Below are positions 11,260 through 21,505 of a DNA stretch of 64,000 nucleotides, in pieces. The number at the start of each line of letters is the position of its first letter. Position 1 is the stretch's first letter. Source of the stretch: an uncultured Chloroflexia bacterium (GTDB lineage: Bacteria; Chloroflexota; Anaerolineae; CG2-30-64-16); NCBI GenBank assembly GCA_963774265.1, contig CAVZDU010000010.1:367289-431288 (forward strand). Direction: 5' to 3'. The notes below the pieces were generated by a model, which was not told where the DNA came from, made no database searches, and saw only the letters and a program-made list of their open reading frames with translations. The translations under genes and the position numbers were made by a program.

Positions 11260-12559
11260 GACTCTCGCAAGTAGTGCGGACCTGGTGGCCGCTTGCTGCC
11301 AGTTGGCTCCTGATGGGCGCGGAGCTGCCGGCCCTGAGCGTGGTTGTGGCGCGGCTGCCCGACGCCAGGATTAATCTTGCGGCCTATGGCGGTGTCGTTT
11401 TCCCGGTCGCTCTGATTATAGAGTCGCCCATCATCATGCTGCTGGCCGCTTCCACAGCACTGAGCAAGGACTGGGCATCCTACCGGAAGCTGCGGAACTA
11501 CATGATGATTGCCGGAGGCGCGCTCACCGCGCTTCACGCGCTCGTCGCTTTTACGCCGCTTTACTACATTGTCGTGCGAGGCCTGCTCGGAGCGCCTGAG
11601 GAGATTATCGAACCGGCGCGCATCGGTCTACGAATCATGCTGCCGTGGACGTGGACTATCGCATACCGCCGGTTCAATCAAGGCGTTATGATTCGCTTCG
11701 GCCATACCCGCTCGGTAGGCGCGGGAACGATGGTGCGTCTGAGCGCAGGAATGATCGTGCTGTTCTCGGGCTTGATCCTTGGCACGCTGCCCGGTATCGT
11801 TGTGGCGACCCTCGCCGTTGCAGCAGGGGTGAGCAGCGAGGCGCTGTTCGTCGGCCGCCTCGTTCGCCCGGTGCTGCGCTATGAGCTCGCCGCAGCGCCT
11901 CCGGTTGACCCGCCGCTCACCTATCGGGCGTTCTTCCAGTTCTACATCCCGTTGGTCTTCACATCGCTGTTGAGCCTGCTGGCTCAACCCATCGGCAGCG
12001 CAGCCTTGAGCCGCATGCCCGGTGCATTATCCTCTTTAGCCGTGTGGCCCGTCGTGACCGGGTTGATCTTCATGGTGCGCGGGTTGGGCCTGGCGTTCAA
12101 TGAGGTAGTTGTCGCACTGCTGGACGAGCCGGGTGCACGGCCTGTGCTGCGCCAGTTCACGATCATCCTCAGCGGGGCGGCTCTCGTGATTCTCCTGCTG
12201 CTCGCAGCAACGCCACTCAGCCGGTTGTGGTTCGAGGGGGTCACGGCGCTCCCCGCGGATCTCAGCAGTCTCGCCCGTGCATCCCTTTGGCTCGGCATCC
12301 CTGTGCCCGCACTGATAGCATGGCAGAGCTGGTATCAGGGCCAGCTTCTCCACAGTCGTCACACACGCGTGCTATTTCGGAGTCAGTTGTGATCTTCCTC
12401 GCGGTCAATGCCGCGATACTGATTGCCGGTGTTGTATCGGGTAGGATGATAGGCGTGTTTGTGGGCATGGTCGGCACGGTGGTGAGTACGATCGCACAGA
12501 CCGTATGGCTGGGAGTGCAGGCGCACAGGGACAGTGCAAACGCGACTACGTCTCGTTAG
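11256..12559 (+). CDS. Multi-TM MATE/ANKH-like membrane protein (frameshift ~12370)
   Basis: About 12 hydrophobic segments in two homologous halves; [18 protein letters not shown]. Confidence 0.55.
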
Positions 12560-12633
12560 TTGAGGTTGGACGACCTTCGTCTCGACCGCACCATCTGGCC
12601 CCATGTTGCCGGACGGCGGTCACCGCGAACACA

Positions 12634-13893
12634 TTACCGCCACCGCTTCACGGCCAGGCATGCATTCTGCCCGCCAAACCCGAATGCGTTCACCAAAACG
12701 CATGATACATCGGCGTTTCGGGCGAGGTTGGGCACGTAATCCAGATCGCACGCGGGGTCAGTGCTGGTGAAATTGATCGTCGGTGGAATGATCCCTGTCT
12801 GGATCGCTTTCACGGCTGCCACAGCGGAGACAGCACCGGACGCGCCAAGCATATGCCCCAGCCCTCCCTTCAGGGAACTCACCGGGACCTGGTATGCAGA
12901 CTCGCCGAGCGCCTTTTTGATTGCTTTTGTTTCCGCGAGGTCGTTGAGCGGCGTTCCCGTTCCGTGCGCACAGATCCAGCTGGGTGGGTCGGCCGCTCCA
13001 CCGTTCAGGTTGAGCGCGGCGCGGATGGCAGCCGCGGCGTGCTCGCCTTCAGGATCAGGTGCAACCAGGTGGAAGGCATCCGACGTCTGCCCATAACCGG
13101 AGATCTCGGCCAGGATCGTTGCACCCCGGGCCTGAGCATGTTCGAGTGTCTCCAACACCAGTACGGCCGCACCTTCGCCCACCACCGTGCCATCGCGGTC
13201 CCCGGAAAAGGGCGCACACGCGCGCTCGGGCGTATCGTTCTTCGTGGAAAGCGCTCCCAACCGGCCGAAAGCCGCGACCGCCAGGGGGGTCATGACGCTG
13301 TCGGTGCCGCCTGCGATCATCACGTCGGCATCGCCGCCGCGGACTCGCCGGTACGCCTCCCCCAGCGCGATAAGGCCGGACGCACACGCCGCCACAGGCG
13401 CATTGACGGCGCCGTGGAGGCCGTACCGCATCGACACGGCGCAGGCGGCTGAATTGATGATGATCGCGGGGATCAGGGTCGGGTTAATCGATCCGGGACC
13501 GCGCGCCTTCAACACCAGGCGTTGTTCCTCGATGATGCCCGCGCCGCCCAGGCTGCTGCCGATCTCAACGCCACAGCGCGTCAGATCCTCCGTGGCGAAG
13601 TCGAGACCCGCCTGAGCGACCGCCTGAGCCGCTGCAACGATCCCGTAATGGATGAATGGCGAGAGCCGCCGCGCCTCTTTCGGGTCAATCGTTTGGCTGG
13701 GATCGAAGTCCTTCACGGTTGCCGCGATACGCGCGGGGAAGCCGCTCGTGTCGAAGGCCGTGATCGGCTGGACGCCTGAATGTCCTTCAATCAGGCCTTG
13801 CCAGGTCGTCTCTACATCGTTTCCCAACGGCGAAATCACACCCATCCCGGTGACCACGACTCGCCGTCGCCCATTATCTGAGTGCTCTGTCAT
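12634..13893 (-). CDS. fabF: 3-oxoacyl-ACP synthase II
   Basis: RRVVVTGMG, AACASG (Cys), AHGTGT (His), GHMLGA (His), NAFGFGGQNA. Confidence 0.93.
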   Translation of the reverse strand: MTEHSDNGRRRVVVTGMGVISPLGNDVETTWQGLIEGHSGVQPITAFDTSGFPARIAATVKDFDPSQTIDPKEARRLSPFIHYGIVAAAQAVAQAGLDFATEDLTRCGVEIGSSLGGAGIIEEQRLVLKARGPGSINPTLIPAIIINSAACAVSMRYGLHGAVNAPVAACASGLIALGEAYRRVRGGDADVMIAGGTDSVMTPLAVAAFGRLGALSTKNDTPERACAPFSGDRDGTVVGEGAAVLVLETLEHAQARGATILAEISGYGQTSDAFHLVAPDPEGEHAAAAIRAALNLNGGAADPPSWICAHGTGTPLNDLAETKAIKKALGESAYQVPVSSLKGGLGHMLGASGAVSAVAAVKAIQTGIIPPTINFTSTDPACDLDYVPNLARNADVSCVLVNAFGFGGQNACLAVKRWR

Positions 13894-13954
13894 TGGCCTG
13901 CCTTCGCAACTCGCGTGTGCGGCCGCGCCGGTCGCTCGCCTTTAGGGCTGAATG

Positions 13955-14800
13955 CTAGCGAACCCATGCCCCGGTCATCACCGGAACGACGGTGCCCGTC
14001 AGCCGCACCGCCCAGTTCGCGTCGATTTCTGCGAGCATTTCCCCGCCCGGCATGCGCACCGTCACCGGGCTGGCGCACCGGCCCGTGCGAACCGCCACCG
14101 CTGCGGCTGCACAGCTCGAAGTGCCGGAGGCCAGCGTATACCCCGCGCCGCGTTCCCAAATCGCGATCTCCAGCGTGTGCCTGTCCGCCACGCGTGCGAA
14201 CTGGACGTTGGTCCGGTTCTGGAAGAGCGGAAGCCGTTCGAGATGGGGCCCGATTGAATGCGCAAAACCAACTAACGCGTCCATACCTTCGATTTTTGTT
14301 CCGTCCACCGCAAAGACTACACAGTGTGGATTGCCCATGCTCACCGCCGACAGGCGGACCGCCCGGCCGCCCGCTTGCGCCTCCTCTTCGATGATTTCGC
14401 GCCTGGCGCCCGCGATCCCGATATTGCAGGAGTCGAATGATGCGCGCCCCATATCCATCGCGATCCGGTTTCCCTCGGCGTCGAGCACGTGCGCCGTGAC
14501 CATGCCCCCGGGTGTGCTGATATCGAAATCGCGGCCGCGTGGCAGCCGCCGGTCCCACAGGTAACGCGCAAAGATGCGCAGCCCGTTCCCGCTCTTTTCG
14601 AACTCACCACCGTCTGGATTGAACAACCGCAGTGCGAACGGATCGCGGCCCACCGGTCCCCACAGCGCCCCGTCAGCGCCTACACCGTGGTGCCGGTCGC
14701 AAATGCGTCGCACCGTGTCCTCATCGGGGCATTCCCGCCAGTCCACAGGATCGAGAACAAGATAGTCGTTGCCGAGTGCGTCGTACTTGTGGAAGGGCAT
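13955..14800 (-). CDS. dapF: Diaminopimelate epimerase-like domain (Ser/Ser active site), in frame with lysA as assembled
   Basis: FHKYDALGNDY, GVGADG, NPDGGEFEKSGNGLR, SMGNPHCV, NVQF, WERGAGYTLASGTSS. Confidence 0.85.
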   Translation of the reverse strand: MPFHKYDALGNDYLVLDPVDWRECPDEDTVRRICDRHHGVGADGALWGPVGRDPFALRLFNPDGGEFEKSGNGLRIFARYLWDRRLPRGRDFDISTPGGMVTAHVLDAEGNRIAMDMGRASFDSCNIGIAGARREIIEEEAQAGGRAVRLSAVSMGNPHCVVFAVDGTKIEGMDALVGFAHSIGPHLERLPLFQNRTNVQFARVADRHTLEIAIWERGAGYTLASGTSSCAAAAVAVRTGRCASPVTVRMPGGEMLAEIDANWAVRLTGTVVPVMTGAWVR

Positions 14801-16123
14801 GCTATTTTTGGCGTCCGGACCTGCGTCTCTGTGCACCAGGTCTTCGTAGGTCTCGCGGCGTTGGATCACCCTGGCCTGGCCGCCGCCAAGCAGGATGACC
14901 GCCGGCCGCAGCGCCAGGTTGTAGTTGCTCGCCATGGAGAGTGTGTATGCGCCCGCCATGGGGATCGCGAGGAAGTCGCCCCGGTCGAGACGCGGGAGCG
15001 CGATATCTCGGATCAAAATGTCGCCGGACTCGCAGTATTTGCCGGCCAGGGTCACCGTCTCCAGGGGTCGGCCCAGGCCCCCTGACACTCGTCGTGCGGT
15101 GTACAGCGCACCATAGAGCGCCGGACGAATGTTGTCGACCATGCCTCCATCCACGGCCACGTAGGTGCGTACGCCGGGGATCTCTTTGCGCGCTCCGGTG
15201 GTGTAGACCGCCACCCCAGCTTGGGCCACGAGCGACCGTCCGGGCTCGACGATCAGGTGGGGCAGGGGGAGATTGTTCTGCTCGCAGGCGGCGGTGACCG
15301 CCGCGCACAGCGTCTTGAGGTACGCCTCTACCGGCGCCGCCGCATCCGCCTCAGTCATCGGCACACCCCAGCCACCGCCCGGGCTGAGCTCGCGCAACAC
15401 GAAGCCATGCTGTACCTGCATCTCCGCAGCAAATGTCACCAGCCGCTCTGCCGCTTCGGCCAGCGACTCCGGCTCGTAGATCTGTGAGCCGATGTGGGCG
15501 TGCAGCCCCGTAAGCTGCAAACTGCCTGCGCGCAATGCCTGGATCACCGCCTTTTCGGCATCCCCGGATTGAATCGAGAAGCCGAACTTCGTGTCCTCCT
15601 GGCCGGTTTGAATGTGGCTGTGGGTGTGGGCCTGAACGCCCGGCGCGAGGCGCAACCAGATCTGCGCGCGTATGCCGCGTGCAGATGCCAGCTCGTCGAG
15701 CAGCGCCAGTTCCGCGAAGTTGTCCACCACGATCCGGCCGGCGCCCGCGGCCAACGCCTCGCTCAATTCTTGGGGTGATTTGTTGTTACCGTGAAAGTGG
15801 ATGCGCTCGGGCGGGAAGCCAGCGCGCAGCGCGACGAATAGCTCGCCGCCTGAGACCACATCCAGGTCAAGTCCTTCTTCCATCACGATCTGTGCGATCG
15901 CGGTGCACAGGTATGCCTTCGAGGCATAAGCCGCCTGGCTGCTCCCCCGGTAGAGGGCGCCCAGGGTGTTTCGATAAACGCGGCAGCGGTTGCGCAGCGA
16001 TGCCTCGTCAAGAATGTACAGGGGCGTACCGTACGACTGGGCCAGCTCAGCGACGGCGAGGCCGTCGATCGAGAGGCTGTCGTCTTCGCCGAGTGATGCG
16101 GTCAACGGCCACAAGTGGTTCAA
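14801..16123 (-). CDS. lysA: Diaminopimelate decarboxylase (N-terminal part of the 722-aa ORF 13955-16123)
   Basis: YGTPLYILD, YASKA (PLP lysine), HFHGNNKS, HAHIGSQI, EPGRS, CESGD, GAYTLSMASNYN. Confidence 0.93.
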
Positions 16124-16277
16124 AGGGATGCTCGTTTCATGAGGATTTTCCCGCAGTATACCGGTCCCCTCCCCTAAGCGTCAAGCTTCATCGGGGCTGT
16201 AGCCTGAATAGCACCGTCCGCATCCAGCCGGCGCTTCTTTACTTTCCGATTGTGCGCTTCTCCGCTAGAATGGCGGA

Positions 16278-17102
16278 ATGGACTCCGAGTCGCCCCCAAC
16301 CCAACCGTCTGTCAAGCCGCGCAAGGTCAGGCTCGACGAATTGCTTGTCGCCCGCGGGTTGGCTGAGAGTCGTTCGCAGGCGCAGCGACTGATCCTGGCC
16401 GGTGAAGTGCGTGTGGGCGATCGCGTGCTCGACAAGGCAGGGCAGGCATTGCCGGAGAACGCAGACGTACACGTCGCTGCAGGCTTGCGATACGTCAGTC
16501 GTGGCGGCTTGAAGCTTGAGCACGCACTCCACGCATTCGCAGTCGACCCGAGTGGCTGGACCTGTGCGGATATCGGCGCATCCACGGGTGGCTTCACCGA
16601 TTGCTTGCTGCAGCACGGCGCGCTGAAGGTCTACGCGATCGACGTGGGTTATGGTCAACTGGCTTGGTCCTTGCGGCAGGACCCGCGCGTTGTGAGCATG
16701 GAGCGCGTCAACATTCGGCTCCTTGATCCCCTGCCTCAGCCGGTGCAACTCGCGGTGGTCGATGTCTCGTTCATCGGGCTGGAATTGGTGCTGCCCTGCA
16801 CGGCCGCCCTGCTCTCACCCCACGGCATGGCGATCGTCCTGATCAAGCCGCAGTTTCAGGTAGGCAAAGGGCAAGTGGGCAAGGGCGGCGTTGTGCGCGA
16901 TCCTGCCTTGCATCGCAGCGCGATCGAGAAGGTTTTCGAGGCGGCGGGCGCGCTCGATCTGGCGCCCTCAAATCTGGTCCGCTCGCCGATCACCGGCCCA
17001 GCGGGCAACGTCGAGTTTCTTGCACAGCTCTTGCTTGGCGGCGCCGCACCAGGCGCCCTCGAAGTCGAGGGCTGGTTACATGATGTGCTGAGGGGAGCTT
17101 GA
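16278..17102 (+). CDS. tlyA: TlyA family rRNA 2'-O-methyltransferase
   Basis: RLDELLV (S4 domain), YVSRGGLKL, DIGASTGGFTDCLLQ, LIKPQF, GPAGNVEFL. Confidence 0.95.
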   Translation: MDSESPPTQPSVKPRKVRLDELLVARGLAESRSQAQRLILAGEVRVGDRVLDKAGQALPENADVHVAAGLRYVSRGGLKLEHALHAFAVDPSGWTCADIGASTGGFTDCLLQHGALKVYAIDVGYGQLAWSLRQDPRVVSMERVNIRLLDPLPQPVQLAVVDVSFIGLELVLPCTAALLSPHGMAIVLIKPQFQVGKGQVGKGGVVRDPALHRSAIEKVFEAAGALDLAPSNLVRSPITGPAGNVEFLAQLLLGGAAPGALEVEGWLHDVLRGA

Positions 17103-18223
17103 TGACTCCACAACGTCGCAATCGGTTAATCCTCGTGCTCGCGCTGGTCCTCTCAGTGCTTTCGCTGTTGTGGGCGGCGCGCAGCGGGCTGTTTCCGTTC
17201 GTCTTCGCGCTGGTATTGGCCTACATCCTGCTGCCGCTTGTCAATCTGTTGGACCGGACGCTGCGCAGGCTGGCGCCCCGTTTCGGCGGTGCGCGGCCGG
17301 TTGCGATTCTGCTGGCCTATCTCATCTCGGTCCTGGTGGTGGTGGCATTCTTTCAGCTACTGCTGCCAGTGATCGGGAAACAATTCAATGCCCTATGGGA
17401 CAATCGTCAGGAGATTGCATCTGCTGTGGAGCGATGGGTTGACCAGGGGTTGGTTTGGTATCGCGAGACAATCCCGGCCGACATCCAGACGCAGATCGAC
17501 ACCGCAGTGCGTCAGGCCGGTGCCCGGCTGGCAAGCGCAGCCCAGACCGCGCTGGTCCAGACGATCAGCGCGGTCACAAGCACCGTCACCTTCGTCATTG
17601 GACTGGTCATCGTTCCTATCTGGTTGTTTTACGTCTTGAATGAGCAGTCCCGCTTCATGCGCGCAGCCGTTCAGATTGTGCCTGAAAGCATTCGCGCAGA
17701 CGTGGTCAATGTGATGCGTATTGCAGATCGCATTTTGAGCAAGTACTTGCGTGGGCAATTGCTCCTCTGCGTTGTGGTGGGTTCCCTGTCGGCGCTGGGT
17801 CTGATGCTCCTTGGCGTCAATTTCCCGATCGTGCTCGGCGTAATCGCCGGGGTCTTCGAAATCCTGCCGTTTGTTGGGCCGATTCTTGGGGCGGTGCCCG
17901 CGGTTCTCGTAGCGCTCATTCAACGGCCCCTGCTTGCGGTTTGGACCATCCTGTTGTTCTTGGTGATACAACAGGTCGAAAACACGGTATTGGTGCCTCG
18001 TATTTCCGGTAAGGCCGTGGAATTGCACCCCGCGTTGATCGTTGTGGTGTTGATCGTGGGAACTCAGGTAGCTGGACTCTGGGGCGCCATCCTCGCGGTG
18101 CCCCTGACTGCGATCGTACGTGATGTGTTCAAGTACCTGTATCTGCGCCTTCAAGACTCACCCGTAGAACCCAGGGAGGCGATGGCGCGAATCAGCAAGG
18201 CGCCATTGCAGTTGGATATCTAG
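17099..18223 (+). CDS. AI-2E family transporter
   Basis: YLRGQL, PFVGP, IQQVENTVLVPRISGKAVELHP, GAILAVP. Confidence 0.9.
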   Translation: MMTPQRRNRLILVLALVLSVLSLLWAARSGLFPFVFALVLAYILLPLVNLLDRTLRRLAPRFGGARPVAILLAYLISVLVVVAFFQLLLPVIGKQFNALWDNRQEIASAVERWVDQGLVWYRETIPADIQTQIDTAVRQAGARLASAAQTALVQTISAVTSTVTFVIGLVIVPIWLFYVLNEQSRFMRAAVQIVPESIRADVVNVMRIADRILSKYLRGQLLLCVVVGSLSALGLMLLGVNFPIVLGVIAGVFEILPFVGPILGAVPAVLVALIQRPLLAVWTILLFLVIQQVENTVLVPRISGKAVELHPALIVVVLIVGTQVAGLWGAILAVPLTAIVRDVFKYLYLRLQDSPVEPREAMARISKAPLQLDI

Positions 18224-18233
18224 GTTGCCTGGC

Positions 18234-19061
18234 TTACGTGGAGAATACGTTCACACCGATCGCCTGCAATGCAGCGCGGATATCAGCCTCGGCCGAGTCG
18301 AGCAGGGCTGCAACCTCTTGCGGGTCCCCGCCTCGGGCCGCCAGGGTCACAAAATCCGCCTGGCCGCTGCCGTAGACTTGTGCACGGGACTTGACATAAA
18401 CGAGAGGGTGACGGTTTGCGACCCCATCGACGGCCGGAGCGAGAACCGATTCGTCCCAGGCGTCCGTCTTGAGTGTTCGCTCCGCGTAGACCTGCCGCGT
18501 GAACAGCGCAGCAAGGCGAGGGGCCAGGCTGTTCTCGAAAATATCAATCATCTCCGCCGGCACGCCCGGCAGCAAGACGACGGTTGTTTTCCCGCGTCTG
18601 AGAAGTACACCAGGCGCCGCTCCCAGGGTGTTGAGCAGCGGTTCGGCTCCGGCAGGAAGCCGGGCCATCTTCCTGCGCGCCGGCGTCATTTCGGCGACTG
18701 AAACGTGACCTCGAGCGTGTAGTGCAGTATAGAACTCCTGGACCATGCCGTGTGCCGTGGGATCTTCCCGCACCTCCAGTCCTAGCGCTTCGCCAATCGC
18801 CGCAACGGTAAGGTCGTCCTGTGTGGGCCCCAGGCCGCCGCAGGAAAGGATCATGTCTGGGTGGCGCGAGAGGCTTTCCAGCAGTCCATCAGCGATGTCA
18901 TTAGGCTCGTCAGGAAGGACCGTGATCCGTCGCACTCGGGCGCCCCGTGCGGCTGTCTGCTGGCAGAGCCAATGCGAGTTGCTGTCCAGCACATTGCCCG
19001 CCAGGACTTCATTGCCGATCACGAGAATCTCGACATTCACTACGTCGGTGCTGGCTTGCAT
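18234..19061 (-). CDS. CinA-like molybdopterin-binding-domain protein (no PncC domain)
   Basis: IGNEVLAGNVLDSNS, GGLGPTQDDLT, GAAPG, LPGVPAEM. Confidence 0.85.
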   Translation of the reverse strand: MQASTDVVNVEILVIGNEVLAGNVLDSNSHWLCQQTAARGARVRRITVLPDEPNDIADGLLESLSRHPDMILSCGGLGPTQDDLTVAAIGEALGLEVREDPTAHGMVQEFYTALHARGHVSVAEMTPARRKMARLPAGAEPLLNTLGAAPGVLLRRGKTTVVLLPGVPAEMIDIFENSLAPRLAALFTRQVYAERTLKTDAWDESVLAPAVDGVANRHPLVYVKSRAQVYGSGQADFVTLAARGGDPQEVAALLDSAEADIRAALQAIGVNVFST

Positions 19062-19078
19062 TCGCTCTTCCTTCAATG

Positions 19079-19107
19079 AAAAACGGGCTGATTATCTCAG
19101 CCCGTCT
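19079..19107 (-). terminator. Possible intrinsic terminator after ORF 19127-19555
   Basis: ACGGGCTGA-loop-TCAGCCCGT followed by a T-tract on the minus strand. Confidence 0.55.
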
Positions 19108-19126
19108 CTCCTTAGAATCGTCCGGC

Positions 19127-19555
19127 TCAATCCAGCCCGGTGGCTGGACGAATGCCCATGTAGATCTGGCCGCTGGCCAGGGTCCGCAGAATGGTCTCCG
19201 CACTGGTCCACGGCATTTGCTTCGCCAGTTCGCGTGGGGTCAGCGCCTGGTTGCTGCCCAGCAAGAAAACGCGGAAGATGTTCGTCACCAGGGCGTTGCC
19301 CATGCTGATGAACTCAGTCTGTCTCGAACAATGGCTGCGCAGCGTCTGTAGCAGCGCGTCCGCCCGCACCACCTCCGCAGTCTCCTGGTCCACCCAGTCG
19401 ACCGACTCCAGGTTGCGATGGTCAGGAAAACGCGTCTGGCAATCCCGGCACAGCTGTCCGCGCACAGATACGCGGAGATCCTTGCCGCTGGCTTGCCACC
19501 AGTCGTAATCAATGTGAAACTTCGTGTCGAGAGAGGGTCGCTTCCAACCAGTCAT
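19127..19555 (-). CDS. Hypothetical protein with CxxC...HC motif and a possible C-terminal winged helix
   Basis: TKFHIDYDWW, LCRDC, HCS, IFRVFL..NQALTPREL; overlaps the stop of the upstream ORF region. Confidence 0.7.
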   Translation of the reverse strand: MTGWKRPSLDTKFHIDYDWWQASGKDLRVSVRGQLCRDCQTRFPDHRNLESVDWVDQETAEVVRADALLQTLRSHCSRQTEFISMGNALVTNIFRVFLLGSNQALTPRELAKQMPWTSAETILRTLASGQIYMGIRPATGLD

Positions 19556-19577
19556 GCACTGCCGTCCTGTCTCATGC

Positions 19578-21146
19578 CTATGCGATCAACCGGAAATTGC
19601 CGTCAGGCAATCGCTCAAGCCGCTCATCTCCGGCGAGGGCCGCAAACACCGGTTCTGGCGTGACGCGGCGAATTACGTTCACGGCGCTGTACACGGTCTT
19701 GGCGTTGACGATGCCAGATAGTCCGGCCAGGTCGGAAAACATCTCGAATACCAGGTCCGGCAGGGGTGTCGCACCATAGAGACCGCGAAGCTTCGTCAAT
19801 TCCTCGCTTTTCTCAGCTCCGATCACCATTTGCTCGTCGTACTCGCAGGAAATCTCCTGCTTGCGAAGCTGAATGTCTGCGCGGCCTTCGCTTGAAATCT
19901 GTGCCCAGCGCATCCACTCACGACGCATTCGTTTGGGACGGAAATCAACCACGATCTCTCCATCGCCGCGGCGCTCGAGCGTGATGTAGGCGCCCGCAGG
20001 CAGCTTGTGCTTCTCCATCCATCCTTGCAGGCCCGCGACGTAACGGCCCGCGTTATTGACCCATGCAGAGAAGTGGTTTCCCCAACGCCCGTCCACCAGG
20101 GTGAGCATTGTGCGTTCGCCATGCCCCACGGGGAGGAGTGGCCGCGTGCGGCGATTGAGAGGCAAGGTGCCGGACGCTGCGTGTGGAAAAGTCAGGGTGA
20201 CCGTCGTAGTTTGTGTCGCCCGTCGCTCCGCCGTCTCCTCGACACCTTCAGACCACTCGTCATCCAATTGGAACGCCAGTTGTTCCAGGTCGGGTGGCAG
20301 TGTGATGTCATGATGGAGGTTCTGTGCATAGCGCAGCGACTCAGGTGCCAGGAGCGCCTCGGCCGGTTCAAGACGTCGGAGGAACCAGCGGCGCTCGTCG
20401 CCAGAGCCAACCTGGTCGAAACGGTCATCCGCTCCCAGTGCAGCTTGCAGCGAGAACGCGGCGATCTCATGGCCGATCTCTTTCGGAAGGTCGAGTTCTC
20501 TCTGAAGTGTTGCGGTGTCGAGTGCCGTTGCGTTCATCTCGATGATCGCCTCGGCAATGTTCAAGTGGCCGACATGCACTTCTGCCAACAAATCGCGCGG
20601 CAGCCAGCGATCCTCGAACGTGGCGAAGGCATCGTCGCCACGCAGCGCCTCGGCGAGTTGCCCAGGCAGGTTTCTCGCCTCGCCTTTTAGTACGGTTTCA
20701 GGGTTGATCACGGGCGGCAGCAAAACATCCGGTGCCTCCGCGTTGAGTTTGTGCGGTGCGATCAGGCCCGCGGCGAAGCTTCGTTGGCGTTTGCCTGCGC
20801 CGAAATCGACCGAGATAACCTCGAACTGCCCATATTCCGGGTTCTCACCCGCTCGCAGGTCGATGACTTCGCCCAACCGATAATCGAGTTGCGGGAAGAG
20901 GATCTTGTCACCGACGGCGAAACGCTTTTTGGGCTGATAGATCGTACCACGCGTCAGTTCCGCGCGCATCTCGGACTCCTCGCGGCGGATGCGTTCAGTC
21001 ACGAGGGACCGGGCCATCTCACCGGTGGTCAGTGGCCGCCCGGCGTCCAGCAGGAGGGTGCGCAGGAACTCGACATCGGTCGGGGAAAGTGAGAATGATT
21101 GCCAATACTCAGGCGTCTGCGTCTTCCTTTGAATCACGCGCCGCAA
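19578..21146 (-). CDS. Hypothetical protein, 522 aa
   Basis: Long ORF with normal composition; apparently co-transcribed with the DUF2007-like and 142-aa ORFs. Confidence 0.8.
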   Translation of the reverse strand: MRRVIQRKTQTPEYWQSFSLSPTDVEFLRTLLLDAGRPLTTGEMARSLVTERIRREESEMRAELTRGTIYQPKKRFAVGDKILFPQLDYRLGEVIDLRAGENPEYGQFEVISVDFGAGKRQRSFAAGLIAPHKLNAEAPDVLLPPVINPETVLKGEARNLPGQLAEALRGDDAFATFEDRWLPRDLLAEVHVGHLNIAEAIIEMNATALDTATLQRELDLPKEIGHEIAAFSLQAALGADDRFDQVGSGDERRWFLRRLEPAEALLAPESLRYAQNLHHDITLPPDLEQLAFQLDDEWSEGVEETAERRATQTTTVTLTFPHAASGTLPLNRRTRPLLPVGHGERTMLTLVDGRWGNHFSAWVNNAGRYVAGLQGWMEKHKLPAGAYITLERRGDGEIVVDFRPKRMRREWMRWAQISSEGRADIQLRKQEISCEYDEQMVIGAEKSEELTKLRGLYGATPLPDLVFEMFSDLAGLSGIVNAKTVYSAVNVIRRVTPEPVFAALAGDERLERLPDGNFRLIA

Positions 21147-21206
21147 CTCCTCTTAGTTCATCACTGTGGGGAACCAAGCCGTTATTATAGCAGGGGAACA
21201 CATCAA

Positions 21207-21491
21207 TCACAAATGTGGGTGCGAATCCTCACTATTCTCTGTCATGTCATCGTCTTGGGCGGGCGCTTCGTCGTCGCTTTCCAGCACCAGCTCGGCAGCC
21301 TCAACGGCGTTCTCGGCCGAAACATACACGTCCACGCGGCCGAGCCCATCCACGGTAATCCCAATGACCTGTCCGACAGACTCGTATTTCAGCATGGCCG
21401 GTATGCCATTGGCTTCCAGCTTTGCCTTGACCACCTCGGCGGCGAACATTCCCTGGGACTCATAGATCTTCACAAGACTTCTCTGCGTCAT
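21207..21491 (-). CDS. DUF2007-like small protein
   Basis: AEVVKAKLEANGIP...GRVDVYV...AVEAAEL pattern. Confidence 0.75.
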   Translation of the reverse strand: MTQRSLVKIYESQGMFAAEVVKAKLEANGIPAMLKYESVGQVIGITVDGLGRVDVYVSAENAVEAAELVLESDDEAPAQDDDMTENSEDSHPHL

Positions 21492-21505
21492 AGCCGCACC
21501 TCCAG

